Source: an uncultured Bacilli bacterium (GTDB taxonomy: Bacteria > Bacillota_I > Bacilli_A > RF39 > UBA660). Taken from it: a stretch of DNA of 59,691 nt. Below the pieces are notes generated by a model. That model had not been told where the DNA came from. It did not search any database and saw only the letters and a program-made list of their open reading frames with translations. Within the stretch, counting starts at the first letter, position 1. Every line of letters starts with the position of its first letter. The stretch covers positions 1 through 59,691 of the forward strand of contig CAKORV010000003.1 in NCBI GenBank assembly GCA_934101625.1, given 5' to 3'. Below are positions 38,714 through 47,870 of this stretch, piece after piece. The position numbers and the translations under genes are program-made.

Positions 38714-38789
38714 GCCCGTTTAGCTCAGTCGGTAGAGCGCACGGCTGTTAACCGTTAGGTCGCAGGTTCGAGTCCTGCAACGGGCGCCA
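38714..38789 (+). tRNA. tRNA-Asn (anticodon GTT)
   Basis: GCCCGTT TA GCTC-AGTCGGTA-GAGC ...CTGTTAA... GGTC GCAGG TTCGAGT CCTGC AACGGGC G CCA. A TTGACA promoter lies upstream and a hairpin plus T-run (38802-38826) downstream. Confidence 0.9.
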
Positions 38790-38901
38790 TCTTGAATAAT
38801 AAATCTCAGAAATGAGGTTTTTTTATATAAAACCTAACAAAAAGCCGTGCTTTTTTAAAAAAAGTATTTACAAATCATCAAAAATGTAGTATTATTAAAT
38901 T

Positions 38902-38972
38902 GTTCCCGACAGGGAATAAATATTCACAAATGTGTTCAACACACGCAAAGCTCGGTATTCCGGGCTTTTATT
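38902..38972 (+). ncRNA. candidate small RNA (about 70 nt) with its own promoter and terminator
   Basis: -35 TTTACA (38867-38872), a 17-nt spacer, and -10 TATTAT (38890-38895). Hairpin ttccc-gaca-gggaa. Terminator agctcgg-tatt-ccgggct followed by TTTATT. No ORF. Confidence 0.35.
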
Positions 38973-39001
38973 GTGAATTAAACTTTAGATTTTATTACGA
39001 G

Positions 39002-39472
39002 TTAAAGTATATTTGGCAGTTTTTCGGCCCAAGACTCCAATAATTTTAAACTTTTATTTAATTCTTTTTCTAATTCTATTAAAGATTTAAATTCAACTGC
39101 CTTATCAGTTTTTAAAACAGATAAATTGTAATCTAAATTCTTATCAAATAATTTATATCCTTTTGGTAAATATTCAAAAGGATATTTTTCTTTAAAAAGT
39201 ATAATTGTTGATTCATAATCAAAATGATTTATTAGATTAATTAACTTTTCTTTTGTTTGTTTATCAAAAATTATTAATTTTTCTTCCATCAAATCGTGAA
39301 ATATATTGCTTACCAAAAAAGCATGAAATATACTTGCTTTACTACATATTTCGGTATAATATCCTTTTTTATTTAATATTTCAATAGTTTTAGCTAATTG
39401 TTTATCTACAGCAAAACATTTATCATCCAAATCAAATGAATCATTTTTTAAGCATACATAATTACTTAGCAT
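39002..39472 (-). CDS. hypothetical protein
   Basis: 156-aa ORF with no recognisable motif. RBS GAGGAT upstream. Confidence 0.5.
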   Translation of the reverse strand: MLSNYVCLKNDSFDLDDKCFAVDKQLAKTIEILNKKGYYTEICSKASIFHAFLVSNIFHDLMEEKLIIFDKQTKEKLINLINHFDYESTIILFKEKYPFEYLPKGYKLFDKNLDYNLSVLKTDKAVEFKSLIELEKELNKSLKLLESWAEKLPNIL

Positions 39473-39528
39473 AAAATCCTCACTTTCTAAATAAAACAGG
39501 ATTATTTATAAAATAACCCTACTTCTAC

Positions 39529-40068
39529 TTAATAATTATTTGCTCTTCTTTCTTGATAAGCCTTTCCATGTTTACATATAGGACAAACTTCTAATGCCTC
39601 TTTGCTTCTATAAACATGACCACAATTTCTACAAATCCAAATAGTCTCTTCTTCATTTTTGAAAACCATTTCTTCTTCAACATTATTTAAAAGAGTTAAA
39701 TATCTTTCTTCATGTTCTTTTTCTATTGCGCCCACTCCTTCAAATAAATCAGCAATTTCATTAAATCCTTCTTCTCTAGCAGTTTCAGCAAATTCTTTAT
39801 ACATACTAGTCCATTCATAATTTTCTCCACTAGCCGCATCTTTTAAGTTTTCACTAGTACTAGGTACTTTACCATCATGTAAAGCTTTAAACCATAACTT
39901 AGCATGTTCTTTTTCATTATTAGCTGTTTCCTCGAAAATAGATGCTATTTGTTCAAAACCATCTTTCTTAGCTTGGCTAGCATAAAATGTATATTTATTT
40001 CTAGCTTGACTTTCTCCAGCAAAAGCTGTCATTAAATTTTGTTCTGTTTTACTTCCTTTTAATTCCAT
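39529..40068 (-). CDS. rbr: rubrerythrin
   Basis: Ferritin-like diiron motifs ([32 protein letters not shown]) plus the C-terminal rubredoxin CRNCG...CPICK. The ATG at 40068 follows GGAGG; the ORF track starts at 40101. Confidence 0.9.
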   Translation of the reverse strand: MELKGSKTEQNLMTAFAGESQARNKYTFYASQAKKDGFEQIASIFEETANNEKEHAKLWFKALHDGKVPSTSENLKDAASGENYEWTSMYKEFAETAREEGFNEIADLFEGVGAIEKEHEERYLTLLNNVEEEMVFKNEEETIWICRNCGHVYRSKEALEVCPICKHGKAYQERRANNY

Positions 40069-40159
40069 AATTTTACCTCCATTACTAATTAAGTATATCA
40101 TACAATAAATAATAAATAAACTGATAAAAGAATAAAATTATATGAAAGAGTGTGATTAA

Positions 40160-40528
40160 ATGGAAGATTTATTTGATTTAAATCCTAAAGTATCTACTGC
40201 AATATGTGTACTAATCGCATATCTTTTAATAGATGATTATAATACTTCTGAACAAAATGCTATTGGAAACTGGCTAATGCTTATTGCACAAACACTTATT
40301 ACTAATGCTTCGAGTCAAGCTGTTATAGAAAGAAGAGTTCAAAAGAACACTTTAAATATTAATTCTTCCAAAATAAAAGGAGCTTATAGCCCACTTTTAT
40401 ATAATATAGAATGCACTAGAGATATTATAAAGGAAATTAGTCCTGATATGCTTTCTAATGCTATAAATAATGTTAAATCTAAGCTTGATGAAATTGATGA
40501 CTTCTTTTCACATCATCACCCAAACTAA
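40160..40528 (+). CDS. hypothetical protein (spore-associated neighbourhood)
   Basis: 122-aa ORF with a weak RBS and hydrophobic helices AICVLIAYLLI and NWLMLIAQTLI. Converges on the cotF-like gene with a 4-nt overlap. Confidence 0.45.
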   Translation: MEDLFDLNPKVSTAICVLIAYLLIDDYNTSEQNAIGNWLMLIAQTLITNASSQAVIERRVQKNTLNINSSKIKGAYSPLLYNIECTRDIIKEISPDMLSNAINNVKSKLDEIDDFFSHHHPN

Positions 40529-40830
40529 AGTTGACTTAACTTATCATTATATTCTTTATATGCTTGAGATATTTTATTTTCTTCAACAGTTTCTAAAGTA
40601 TACCAACCATTTTGAAAAGCAATACAGTACGCTTCTCTAGCTAGGTCTTTTGTATCTTTAAAAATATCAAAAATTTCCTTAAATAACACTTTATTACTCA
40701 TTTCATTTAAAGCAATACTTAAATTATTACTCATATTCTTTTCTGTCTCCAGTATATCATTAAGAATATCTTGATCATTTAACTCTATACTATTTTCTAC
40801 TTCTACTTTTTCATTTTTAATCTTTGACAT
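40525..40830 (-). CDS. CotF-family spore coat protein
   Basis: LNDQDILNDILETEKNMSNNLSIALNEMSN...AFQNGWYTLE matches the Coat_F domain pattern. Confidence 0.7.
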   Translation of the reverse strand: MSKIKNEKVEVENSIELNDQDILNDILETEKNMSNNLSIALNEMSNKVLFKEIFDIFKDTKDLAREAYCIAFQNGWYTLETVEENKISQAYKEYNDKLSQL

Positions 40831-40839
40831 AAATCTCTC

Positions 40840-41037
40840 CTATTCTAAAATTTCTAATAATTTTTCGTAATGTTCTTTATGCTTTTTACTAATCTTTTTT
40901 ATAAATGATTTAATTTCTTTATCATTTACTAAATCTTCATAATGATTAGCTTTTTTTACTAAAACAAACTCCCAGTTCATCATATCTTTAATATAAGATA
41001 AATCTTTAGTTGAAATAATATTAGGTACTTCATTCAT
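40840..41037 (-). CDS. small coat-F-associated protein
   Basis: 65 aa, LSYIKDMMNWE...KKANHY...HKEHYEKLLEIL. A typical partner gene found upstream of clostridial cotF-like genes. Confidence 0.5.
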   Translation of the reverse strand: MNEVPNIISTKDLSYIKDMMNWEFVLVKKANHYEDLVNDKEIKSFIKKISKKHKEHYEKLLEILE

Positions 41038-41157
41038 TTTTTATCACCTCATTATTATAATTAACTTATTTATTAAAATTACAATAGAAAATATTGTTAA
41101 TTTAATTTTAGAGATTTTACATATAATATAAATGTTAATAATAAAATTTCAAAAATA

Positions 41158-41184
41158 TTAGCACTCTTTGTTGACAAGTGCTAA
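41158..41184 (+). promoter_or_regulatory. CIRCE (HrcA operator) upstream of hsp20
   Basis: TTAGCACTC-tttgttgac-AAGTGCTAA versus consensus TTAGCACTC-N9-GAGTGCTAA (17 of 18). Confidence 0.8.
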
Positions 41185-41199
41185 CAAAAGTGGTATTAT
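41171..41199 (+). promoter_or_regulatory. sigma-A type promoter of hsp20, overlapped by CIRCE
   Basis: TTGACA (41171-41176), a 17-nt spacer, and TATTAT (41194-41199). Confidence 0.7.
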
Positions 41200-41222
41200 T
41201 AACAATGTAAGGAGATGATATT

Positions 41223-41612
41223 ATGAGTTTATTACCAGGAAGATTTTATTTAGATGATTTCTTTGATGATTTCGACTCAGATAAAAAAGTTATGAACATG
41301 AATTGTGATATTTACGAGAAAGAAGGAAAATGTAATATTCTTGTAGAAGCACCAGGATTTAACAAAAAAGACATTAAAATGTCAGTTAATAATGGTTACC
41401 TTACTATAGAAGCAACTAGAAAAGAAAATAATGATGAAAAAGATAAACATTACATTAAAAAAGAAAGATTTTATGGTTCATGTAAAAGAAGCTTTTATAT
41501 TGGTGATGTAAATACTGAAGAAATAACAGCTAAGTTTGAAGATGGAATTTTACATATCGAAGTTCCAAAAGAAAACAAAGAAAATGGTAAAAAATACATT
41601 GATATAAAATAA
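41223..41612 (+). CDS. Hsp20 / alpha-crystallin small heat-shock protein
   Basis: Alpha-crystallin domain: DIYEKEGKCNILVEAPGFNKKDIKMSVNNGYLTIEA...FEDGILHIEVPK. RBS AAGGAG. Confidence 0.9.
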   Translation: MSLLPGRFYLDDFFDDFDSDKKVMNMNCDIYEKEGKCNILVEAPGFNKKDIKMSVNNGYLTIEATRKENNDEKDKHYIKKERFYGSCKRSFYIGDVNTEEITAKFEDGILHIEVPKENKENGKKYIDIK

Positions 41613-41613
41613 T

Positions 41614-41645
41614 GGTTTAGGATTTAATTCCTAAACCTTTTTTAA
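41614..41645 (+). terminator. rho-independent terminator after hsp20
   Basis: ggtttagga / tcctaaacc 9-bp stem followed by a T-run. Confidence 0.85.
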
Positions 41646-41685
41646 TATATTTAAATTTTTAGTCAAACATTAAAGTCTACTGAAA

Positions 41686-43410
41686 TTAAACATCTTTTTT
41701 TAATTCTTTATTTTTCTCTTCTTCTTCAAGAATCTTATAAGCAATTTTACCTATATTAGTTCTAGGTAATTCATCTCTAAATTCATATTCATAAGGTAAA
41801 CTATACTTAGGTAAATATTCTTTACATAAATCTTTAATTTCTTTTTTAACTTTATCTTTAAAAATCACATCTTTATTTAAAACAATAAATGCCTTAGCAA
41901 CATACATTTTATAAGGATGTGGTTTAGATACAACACATACTTCTTTTACCAAAGGATGTTTACTAATAACGCTTTCTATTTGACTAGGATAAACATTATA
42001 ACCAGATGATACAATAATTCTTTTTAATCTTTGACTAAAATAAACAAAACCATTTTCATCCATTTTACCCATATCACCAGTTCTAAGCCATAAATTCTTT
42101 TTATCTTTCAAAAATACCTTTTTATTTTCTTCAGGATCATTTAAATATCCAATCATTACATTTGGTCCACTGATTATAATTTCTCCAACTTCATTAGCAC
42201 CCAAAACTTCTAAAGTTTCTGGATTAATAATTCTATAATTCATATCTTGACATGGTATACCAATGCTTTCTTTAGGTTGTATTTTTCTAGGCATTAATGT
42301 ACTAGGTCCACTTCCTTCAGTAAGACCATATCCTACCCTGGCAGTTGCATTAGAACCGTGTCTTTTCATAAACTTATCAACACTTTTTTTAAGTTGGTCT
42401 GTTAATACATCACCACCAACAATTATATCTTTAACAAATGATAAATCCATATCTTTAATACTTTCATCATTAATCATAGTTTCCAAAAGTGAAGGTACTC
42501 CCACAACAAAATTAGGTTTATATTGTTTAATTAATCTAGCAAATTTCTTATAATTAAATATAGGTATAAGAGTACACTTAACACCCTTACTAAGTGGAGT
42601 ATGAATACATACATCTAAACCAAAAGCATGAAATACAGGCATAATGGTTAATATAGAATCTCCTGGTCCAGCTGGTTCAATCATACTACCAGTTTGCATG
42701 GTAGGTGCATTAAAATTCTTATTAGATAAAATAATACCTTTGGGTTTACCACTAGTTCCACCACTAAACATTATTACAGCTGGATCATCAGTATCTCTTT
42801 TGTAAATGAATTTTCCATCATATAAATAACCAAAATCAATAAAGTCATTCCAACTTATAATAAAATCTTTTTCGTAAGGTACTTTTACTTTCTTTTGTGT
42901 TAAATTATAAACAGTTTTAACTATCTTATTCATCTTATTACTTGGACTCATTACAACTATTTTATCAATAAAAGTATTACTTCTAATTTCAAGAACTTTT
43001 TCTAATGTAACATCTATTGTAAAAACATATTTACTATTAGTCATACATAAATAATTTTCTATTTCTTTAACAGCACTTAAAGGATGAATCATATTAGAAA
43101 CAGCACCAACCATATTAACAGCATAAAATAATATAATTGCTTCAGGAATGTTAGGTGAAATAATAGTAACTATATCATCTTTTTTAACACCTAATTCTTT
43201 TAGTCCTCTGGCTGCTTCTTCAATCTCCAATTTAAACTTTTTAAAAGATACTTTAGTTCCATAATATTCATATGCCGGACTATTAGGATATTTATCAATA
43301 TTTTCTAACATAAACTCCCATAACATTTTATTTGGATATTTAAATGTTTTAGGTACACCTTTATCATAAAAATCAACCCAAGGCTTAATATTTGTATTTT
43401 GTAGTTTCAC
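41686..43410 (-). CDS. AMP-dependent acyl-CoA synthetase/ligase
   Basis: Adenylate-forming core motifs MFSGGTSGKPKG, GYGLTEGSG and TGDMGKMDENGFVYFSQRLKRII, plus a terminal GKI. Confidence 0.85.
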   Translation of the reverse strand: MKLQNTNIKPWVDFYDKGVPKTFKYPNKMLWEFMLENIDKYPNSPAYEYYGTKVSFKKFKLEIEEAARGLKELGVKKDDIVTIISPNIPEAIILFYAVNMVGAVSNMIHPLSAVKEIENYLCMTNSKYVFTIDVTLEKVLEIRSNTFIDKIVVMSPSNKMNKIVKTVYNLTQKKVKVPYEKDFIISWNDFIDFGYLYDGKFIYKRDTDDPAVIMFSGGTSGKPKGIILSNKNFNAPTMQTGSMIEPAGPGDSILTIMPVFHAFGLDVCIHTPLSKGVKCTLIPIFNYKKFARLIKQYKPNFVVGVPSLLETMINDESIKDMDLSFVKDIIVGGDVLTDQLKKSVDKFMKRHGSNATARVGYGLTEGSGPSTLMPRKIQPKESIGIPCQDMNYRIINPETLEVLGANEVGEIIISGPNVMIGYLNDPEENKKVFLKDKKNLWLRTGDMGKMDENGFVYFSQRLKRIIVSSGYNVYPSQIESVISKHPLVKEVCVVSKPHPYKMYVAKAFIVLNKDVIFKDKVKKEIKDLCKEYLPKYSLPYEYEFRDELPRTNIGKIAYKILEEEEKNKELKKDV

Positions 43411-44254
43411 TTATCTTATCACTCACTTTCTCCTCTAATAATCTAGGATCATTTAGTATATCCTGCATTAATTTAACTGATTTAATAAAGTATACACCAT
43501 CAGCTATTCTCTCATCTATATTAATTCCAAATTCACACATTTTTCTAACTTCTTGTTTACCATCTCTAAGTACAAGTTCATCTTTAATTTCTCCAATAGT
43601 ACATAAAATAGAATTAGTACCAAAATCTGTAAGATTATGATATATTGCACCACTTTTAATACTACCTAAATTAGAAACAATAACAGAGCTATAATATATA
43701 TTCTCATCAGTAAAACTTTTAGGTAATAAATCATGTCTATCCATAAATTTTACTATTCCTACAACAATACCCAATATAAATTTAGGTAACTTGCCAACTA
43801 TACTAACTATACTATTAGTACTTTGTTCCTCATCTTTTCTAATTCTACTTACTGACTTTTTAAACTTATTCTTTAAACTATCTAAATTATCATTCTTATC
43901 TATTTTAATTAAACTCATCATTTCTTTAGCTTCATCTTCAAAATTAACTTTAGCAACAAATCCAATAGAAACATCTTTCTTATCATAATGAGCCTTATTA
44001 ATAACAAATCTATTTAAAAGTGGTCTATTATATATAGTCTTTCCTATTAATGTTACAAACGCATGAAAATAAGTCAAATCATTATCATTCTTTTTCTTAT
44101 CTTCAATATATTTAACTAATTCCGTAACATCCATCTTTTGATTAATATATACATCACTATCACATCTATTTGGTTTTAAATGTATCATTATTTTATGCAT
44201 AGCATCTACATTTTTAACTAATTTAGCATCTCTTCTATCTCCCATATCATTCAC
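43385..44254 (-). CDS. 2-oxoacid-dehydrogenase-type (E2/CAT-fold) acyltransferase domain protein with DERxxDG instead of DHRxxDG
   Basis: The stand-alone catalytic-domain-sized protein ends ...FGINIDERIADGVYFIKSVKLMQDILNDPRLL. This is collinear with the E2 active-site block sxDHRxxDGaxxaxFlxxlxxxLexP. Confidence 0.6.
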   Translation of the reverse strand: MNDMGDRRDAKLVKNVDAMHKIMIHLKPNRCDSDVYINQKMDVTELVKYIEDKKKNDNDLTYFHAFVTLIGKTIYNRPLLNRFVINKAHYDKKDVSIGFVAKVNFEDEAKEMMSLIKIDKNDNLDSLKNKFKKSVSRIRKDEEQSTNSIVSIVGKLPKFILGIVVGIVKFMDRHDLLPKSFTDENIYYSSVIVSNLGSIKSGAIYHNLTDFGTNSILCTIGEIKDELVLRDGKQEVRKMCEFGINIDERIADGVYFIKSVKLMQDILNDPRLLEEKVSDKISETTKYKY

Positions 44255-44276
44255 CTATATATTATTATACTAAATT

Positions 44277-45020
44277 TTAAGACACTTTTCTATGTTGTAT
44301 TTTAAATAATATAGAAAGTACTAATTTAGTTGGTAAAAATCTACTAAAGAATACACCTAATTTCACTTTAAAACCTGGTACTATAATTAATTTATTCTTT
44401 AAGCATTTATCAACAGCATACTTAGCAACATATTCACTGCTTAACCCTTTTATACTAAATGTTCCAATTGCTACTTTATTAAAATTAGTATTAACTGGTC
44501 CAGGACATAATATGCTTATATGAATATTTTTATTCTTCTTTTTAAGTTCTTTATATAAACCTAAAGAATAACTTCTAACATAATTTTTTGTAGCATAGTA
44601 TGTATTTAACATAGGTCCTCCAGGCATAAGGCCCGCACTTGAACTAACATTTAAAATGTGTCCATTATCCATATATTCTAAACAAGTTTTAGTTATTTTA
44701 TGTAAAGCAACTATATTAACATTAATCATTTCTATTTCTCTATCTAAACTAATTTCATCATAAAAACCAAAGGCACCAAATCCTGCATTATTAATAACAA
44801 AATCAGGTTTTTCTTTTAGTATATATTCACAAAGTTTATTAACATTATCATTATTACTTAAATCACATACATAAACACTTGAATTAATTAAAGCTTTAGA
44901 AACACTTTCTAATTTATCTTTATTACTACTAACTAATATTAATTCATTTTCTTTACTACTTAAATATCTAGCCATATCTCTACCAATACCACTAGAAGCT
45001 CCTGTTATTAAAATTTTCAT
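44277..45020 (-). CDS. short-chain dehydrogenase/reductase (SDR)
   Basis: TGASSGIGRDMA cofactor motif, NNAG, and catalytic YYATKNY (YxxxK). Confidence 0.85.
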   Translation of the reverse strand: MKILITGASSGIGRDMARYLSSKENELILVSSNKDKLESVSKALINSSVYVCDLSNNDNVNKLCEYILKEKPDFVINNAGFGAFGFYDEISLDREIEMINVNIVALHKITKTCLEYMDNGHILNVSSSAGLMPGGPMLNTYYATKNYVRSYSLGLYKELKKKNKNIHISILCPGPVNTNFNKVAIGTFSIKGLSSEYVAKYAVDKCLKNKLIIVPGFKVKLGVFFSRFLPTKLVLSILFKIQHRKVS

Positions 45021-45076
45021 ATTATCACCAATATAATAATATCATCTTTTCATAAAGAAAAAAAGTGGAAAGCCAC

Positions 45077-45892
45077 TTAACCTAATAATACATCTAAACA
45101 CATCATGAATGAAAATCCCACTAATGTAAATAATGCCATTAATTTTTTTGATTTATTTGCCTGACTTTCAGGTATTAATTCTTCCACAACAACATATATC
45201 ATCGCACCTGCTGCGAAGCATAGAAAGAATGGTAAAATATTTCTTACTTTGACAACAAGCAAAGCACCAATTACTCCACTTATAGGTTCTACTATTCCAC
45301 TAAGTTGTCCATAAAAGAAAGCCTTTTTAACACTAAACCCTTCTCTTCTGAGTGGTAAACTAACTGCACTACCTTCAGGAAAATTCTGTAAACCTATACC
45401 TAAAGCAAAGACTAATGAAGACAGCAATAATTTTTCAGTCATACCATACATTAAAGAACCAAATGATATACCTACTGCTAAACCTTCTGGTATATTATGT
45501 AATGTTATACTAACTATTAATAATAAACTTCTTTTAAAACTACCTGTATCTGCTCTTTTAGATTTTTTTAATATCTTATCACATACTTTATCACCCAAGA
45601 ACAATATAACCCCACCACTCATAAATCCAAATATAGCTATTAAAACAGAATTTTTATTAAGTTCATTTGCAAGTTCAATACCAGGATCTAAAAGTGACCA
45701 AAAAGATGCGGCAATCATAACACCTGCTGCTATACCAAGCATTGCATCCATAACATTCTTATTAACTTTCTTAAAAAAGAAAACTATACTAGCACCTAAA
45801 AGTGTCATTAACCAAGTAAATGTAGTTGCAATTAAAGCCAATATAACTGGATTAATATTTATTAAATTACTCAACATAACCAATATCACCAT
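45077..45892 (-). CDS. zupT: ZIP-family metal (zinc) transporter, ZupT-like
   Basis: HNIPEGLAVG and QNFPEGSAV signature helices. The ATG at 45878 (behind GGTGA) is the more likely start. A hairpin terminator sits at 45063-45078. Confidence 0.7.
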   Translation of the reverse strand: MVILVMLSNLININPVILALIATTFTWLMTLLGASIVFFFKKVNKNVMDAMLGIAAGVMIAASFWSLLDPGIELANELNKNSVLIAIFGFMSGGVILFLGDKVCDKILKKSKRADTGSFKRSLLLIVSITLHNIPEGLAVGISFGSLMYGMTEKLLLSSLVFALGIGLQNFPEGSAVSLPLRREGFSVKKAFFYGQLSGIVEPISGVIGALLVVKVRNILPFFLCFAAGAMIYVVVEELIPESQANKSKKLMALFTLVGFSFMMCLDVLLG

Positions 45893-45926
45893 TATAAGTT
45901 ATGTCATAATTTTATAATTGTATAGG

Positions 45927-46649
45927 CTAAATATTTATTTTCTTATCAACCGTTTTATTACTACTCTTTAAGAATTTAATAAGATAATCTGTTACTTCTT
46001 CTCTTCTTTTACTTCTAAAAATATCATGATTAATACCCTTCACTACTAATAAATATTTTTCTTTACTCTTAATATTATCATAAACATAATTAGCACTAGA
46101 CATAGGTACTATTATATCTTTAGTTCCTTCAATTATTAGTGTTGGTGTAAATACATCCCTCGCACATGGATAGTAAGTTTTAACTAATTTAATAAACTCT
46201 TTAACTGCGTTCGCAGGCATCCTTAAAAATCTAGAAATAACTTCTTCTCCAGAATACTCTTTAATAACATCCATACTAGTTTTAAATGAATCAATTAAAT
46301 TCATATTGTCATTTTCTACTTTTAAATAATGAAATGCAGGTGCTGCCAAAACTAACTTTTTAATTTCTTTATATTTACTTGCAACATAAGCACTCATTAC
46401 TCCACCCATTGAATGACCTATTACATAAATATTTTTATAGCCAAAATTAATTAACATATCTACATGTTCTTCACAAGATTTAATCCAATCTTCCATTTTA
46501 ATCTTAGTTGCATTAGTATCATGCCCTGGTAATGTAAAAGAATAAACATCAAAATTATGAACTAACTCTAATCTATTAGCCAAATATTCTTCATCATAAG
46601 TTCCTCCACCAAATCCATGAATAATTAAAATTGCTTTTCTATATCTCAT
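45927..46649 (-). CDS. alpha/beta hydrolase (carboxylesterase / lysophospholipase-like)
   Basis: HGFGG oxyanion motif, nucleophile elbow GHSMGG, and a late GINHD. The ATG at 46649 follows GGGTGA; the ORF track starts at 46676. Confidence 0.8.
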   Translation of the reverse strand: MRYRKAILIIHGFGGGTYDEEYLANRLELVHNFDVYSFTLPGHDTNATKIKMEDWIKSCEEHVDMLINFGYKNIYVIGHSMGGVMSAYVASKYKEIKKLVLAAPAFHYLKVENDNMNLIDSFKTSMDVIKEYSGEEVISRFLRMPANAVKEFIKLVKTYYPCARDVFTPTLIIEGTKDIIVPMSSANYVYDNIKSKEKYLLVVKGINHDIFRSKRREEVTDYLIKFLKSSNKTVDKKINI

Positions 46650-46797
46650 ATCGTTCACCCTAATATAATTATACAAGATAAACTATTTTAATAAAAGAAG
46701 TTTTTTGTTATAATTAATTTGTTGATAAGATGAATATTTAAACAAATAATAAAAACTATAAATAACAAAATAATGATAAAAAAGAAGGTGAGTAAAA

Positions 46798-47279
46798 TGA
46801 ATGATTTAACAAAAAGAAAAATAAAAAAATATATTAAAAAAAATTTTCCCATTGCCATAAAAATTTCCAAAATATCTCCAATTTATCTAATTGGTGGCAC
46901 ACTAAGAGATATTGAATCTTCTAGAAAACCAAAAGATTTAGATTTTGTAGTTTTAGATGATACTAATCAAATAGTGAAATCTGTTATAAGTAAATACAAT
47001 CTGAAATTTGAAATAAACAAACTTGGTGGATACAAAATATTTTATAATGATATTATAGTAGATTTATGGAGCACAAATGATTTATTGAAGAGCATCGAAT
47101 ACAATATTGAAGGATTATTTTATGATGTAAAGAACGATTTACTAATTCCGTTTGGCTATTACGATGCTATAGAAAATGGCTTACGACAAATTAATCCAAA
47201 CAACAATATTTTAAATGATGAAAAAAAGTACAATAGAAAAGTAAAATTTGAAAATTATATCAAATCAAAAAATAAATAA
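46798..47279 (+). CDS. minimal CCA-adding / poly(A) polymerase-type nucleotidyltransferase (head domain only)
   Basis: The ATG at 46798 follows GAAGGTGAG. It has the class-II NTase signature YLIGGTLRDIESSRKPKDLDFVV (GGxxRD...DxD) and a downstream EYNIEGLFYDV block. Only 160 aa, with no neck, body or tail domains. Confidence 0.65.
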
Positions 47280-47367
47280 TCTACAATTTTACGAAATATG
47301 TCTGTAAAAGTTGTAAAAAAAGTAAATATTTTTATTATAAACATGATATAATAATATTGGTGATAAT

Positions 47368-47769
47368 ATGAAAAAGGAAAATTTAAAAATAGTTGGCGCT
47401 ATGGTAGGTGGAGCATTGGTAGGTGGAGCTGCTGGTATTCTATTCGCACCTAAAAAAGGTTCAGAAACTAGAGAAGACATAAAAAAAACTATTAATAATC
47501 TATTAGAAAAAACAGAAGTAATCGATAAAGATAGTGTTAAAAAATATATTGAAAATCAACTAGAAGCACTAGATTTAGAAATAGTTAAACTTGATGAATT
47601 AGATAGTTACAAAAAGGCCAAAAGACAAGCTAAAAAAATAATAAGAAAAATAAATAAACTTATTAAATATGTAAAAAATAAAGGTATTGAAGATTTTGAA
47701 GATTTAGTTGAAGAATTAAAAGAAAAAGCTGAAGAAATATCTGAAGAAATATTAACTAATTTAGAATAA
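47368..47769 (+). CDS. YtxH-domain general-stress-like protein
   Basis: GAMVGGALVGGAAGILFAPKKGSETREDIKK is the YtxH motif, followed by a coiled-coil tail. Extended -10 TGATATAAT upstream. Confidence 0.8.
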   Translation: MKKENLKIVGAMVGGALVGGAAGILFAPKKGSETREDIKKTINNLLEKTEVIDKDSVKKYIENQLEALDLEIVKLDELDSYKKAKRQAKKIIRKINKLIKYVKNKGIEDFEDLVEELKEKAEEISEEILTNLE

Positions 47770-47794
47770 TCGATGAGTGTAACCATAGTATTTT

Positions 47795-47820
47795 GAAACC
47801 ACAATTGGTTTCTTTTTTAT
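47795..47820 (+). terminator. rho-independent terminator after ytxH-like gene
   Basis: gaaacca / tggtttc stem followed by a T-run. Confidence 0.8.
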
Positions 47821-47870
47821 TGTATTAATAAGATATAATTAAAAAAATCCTTATAAATAAGGATCATTTA

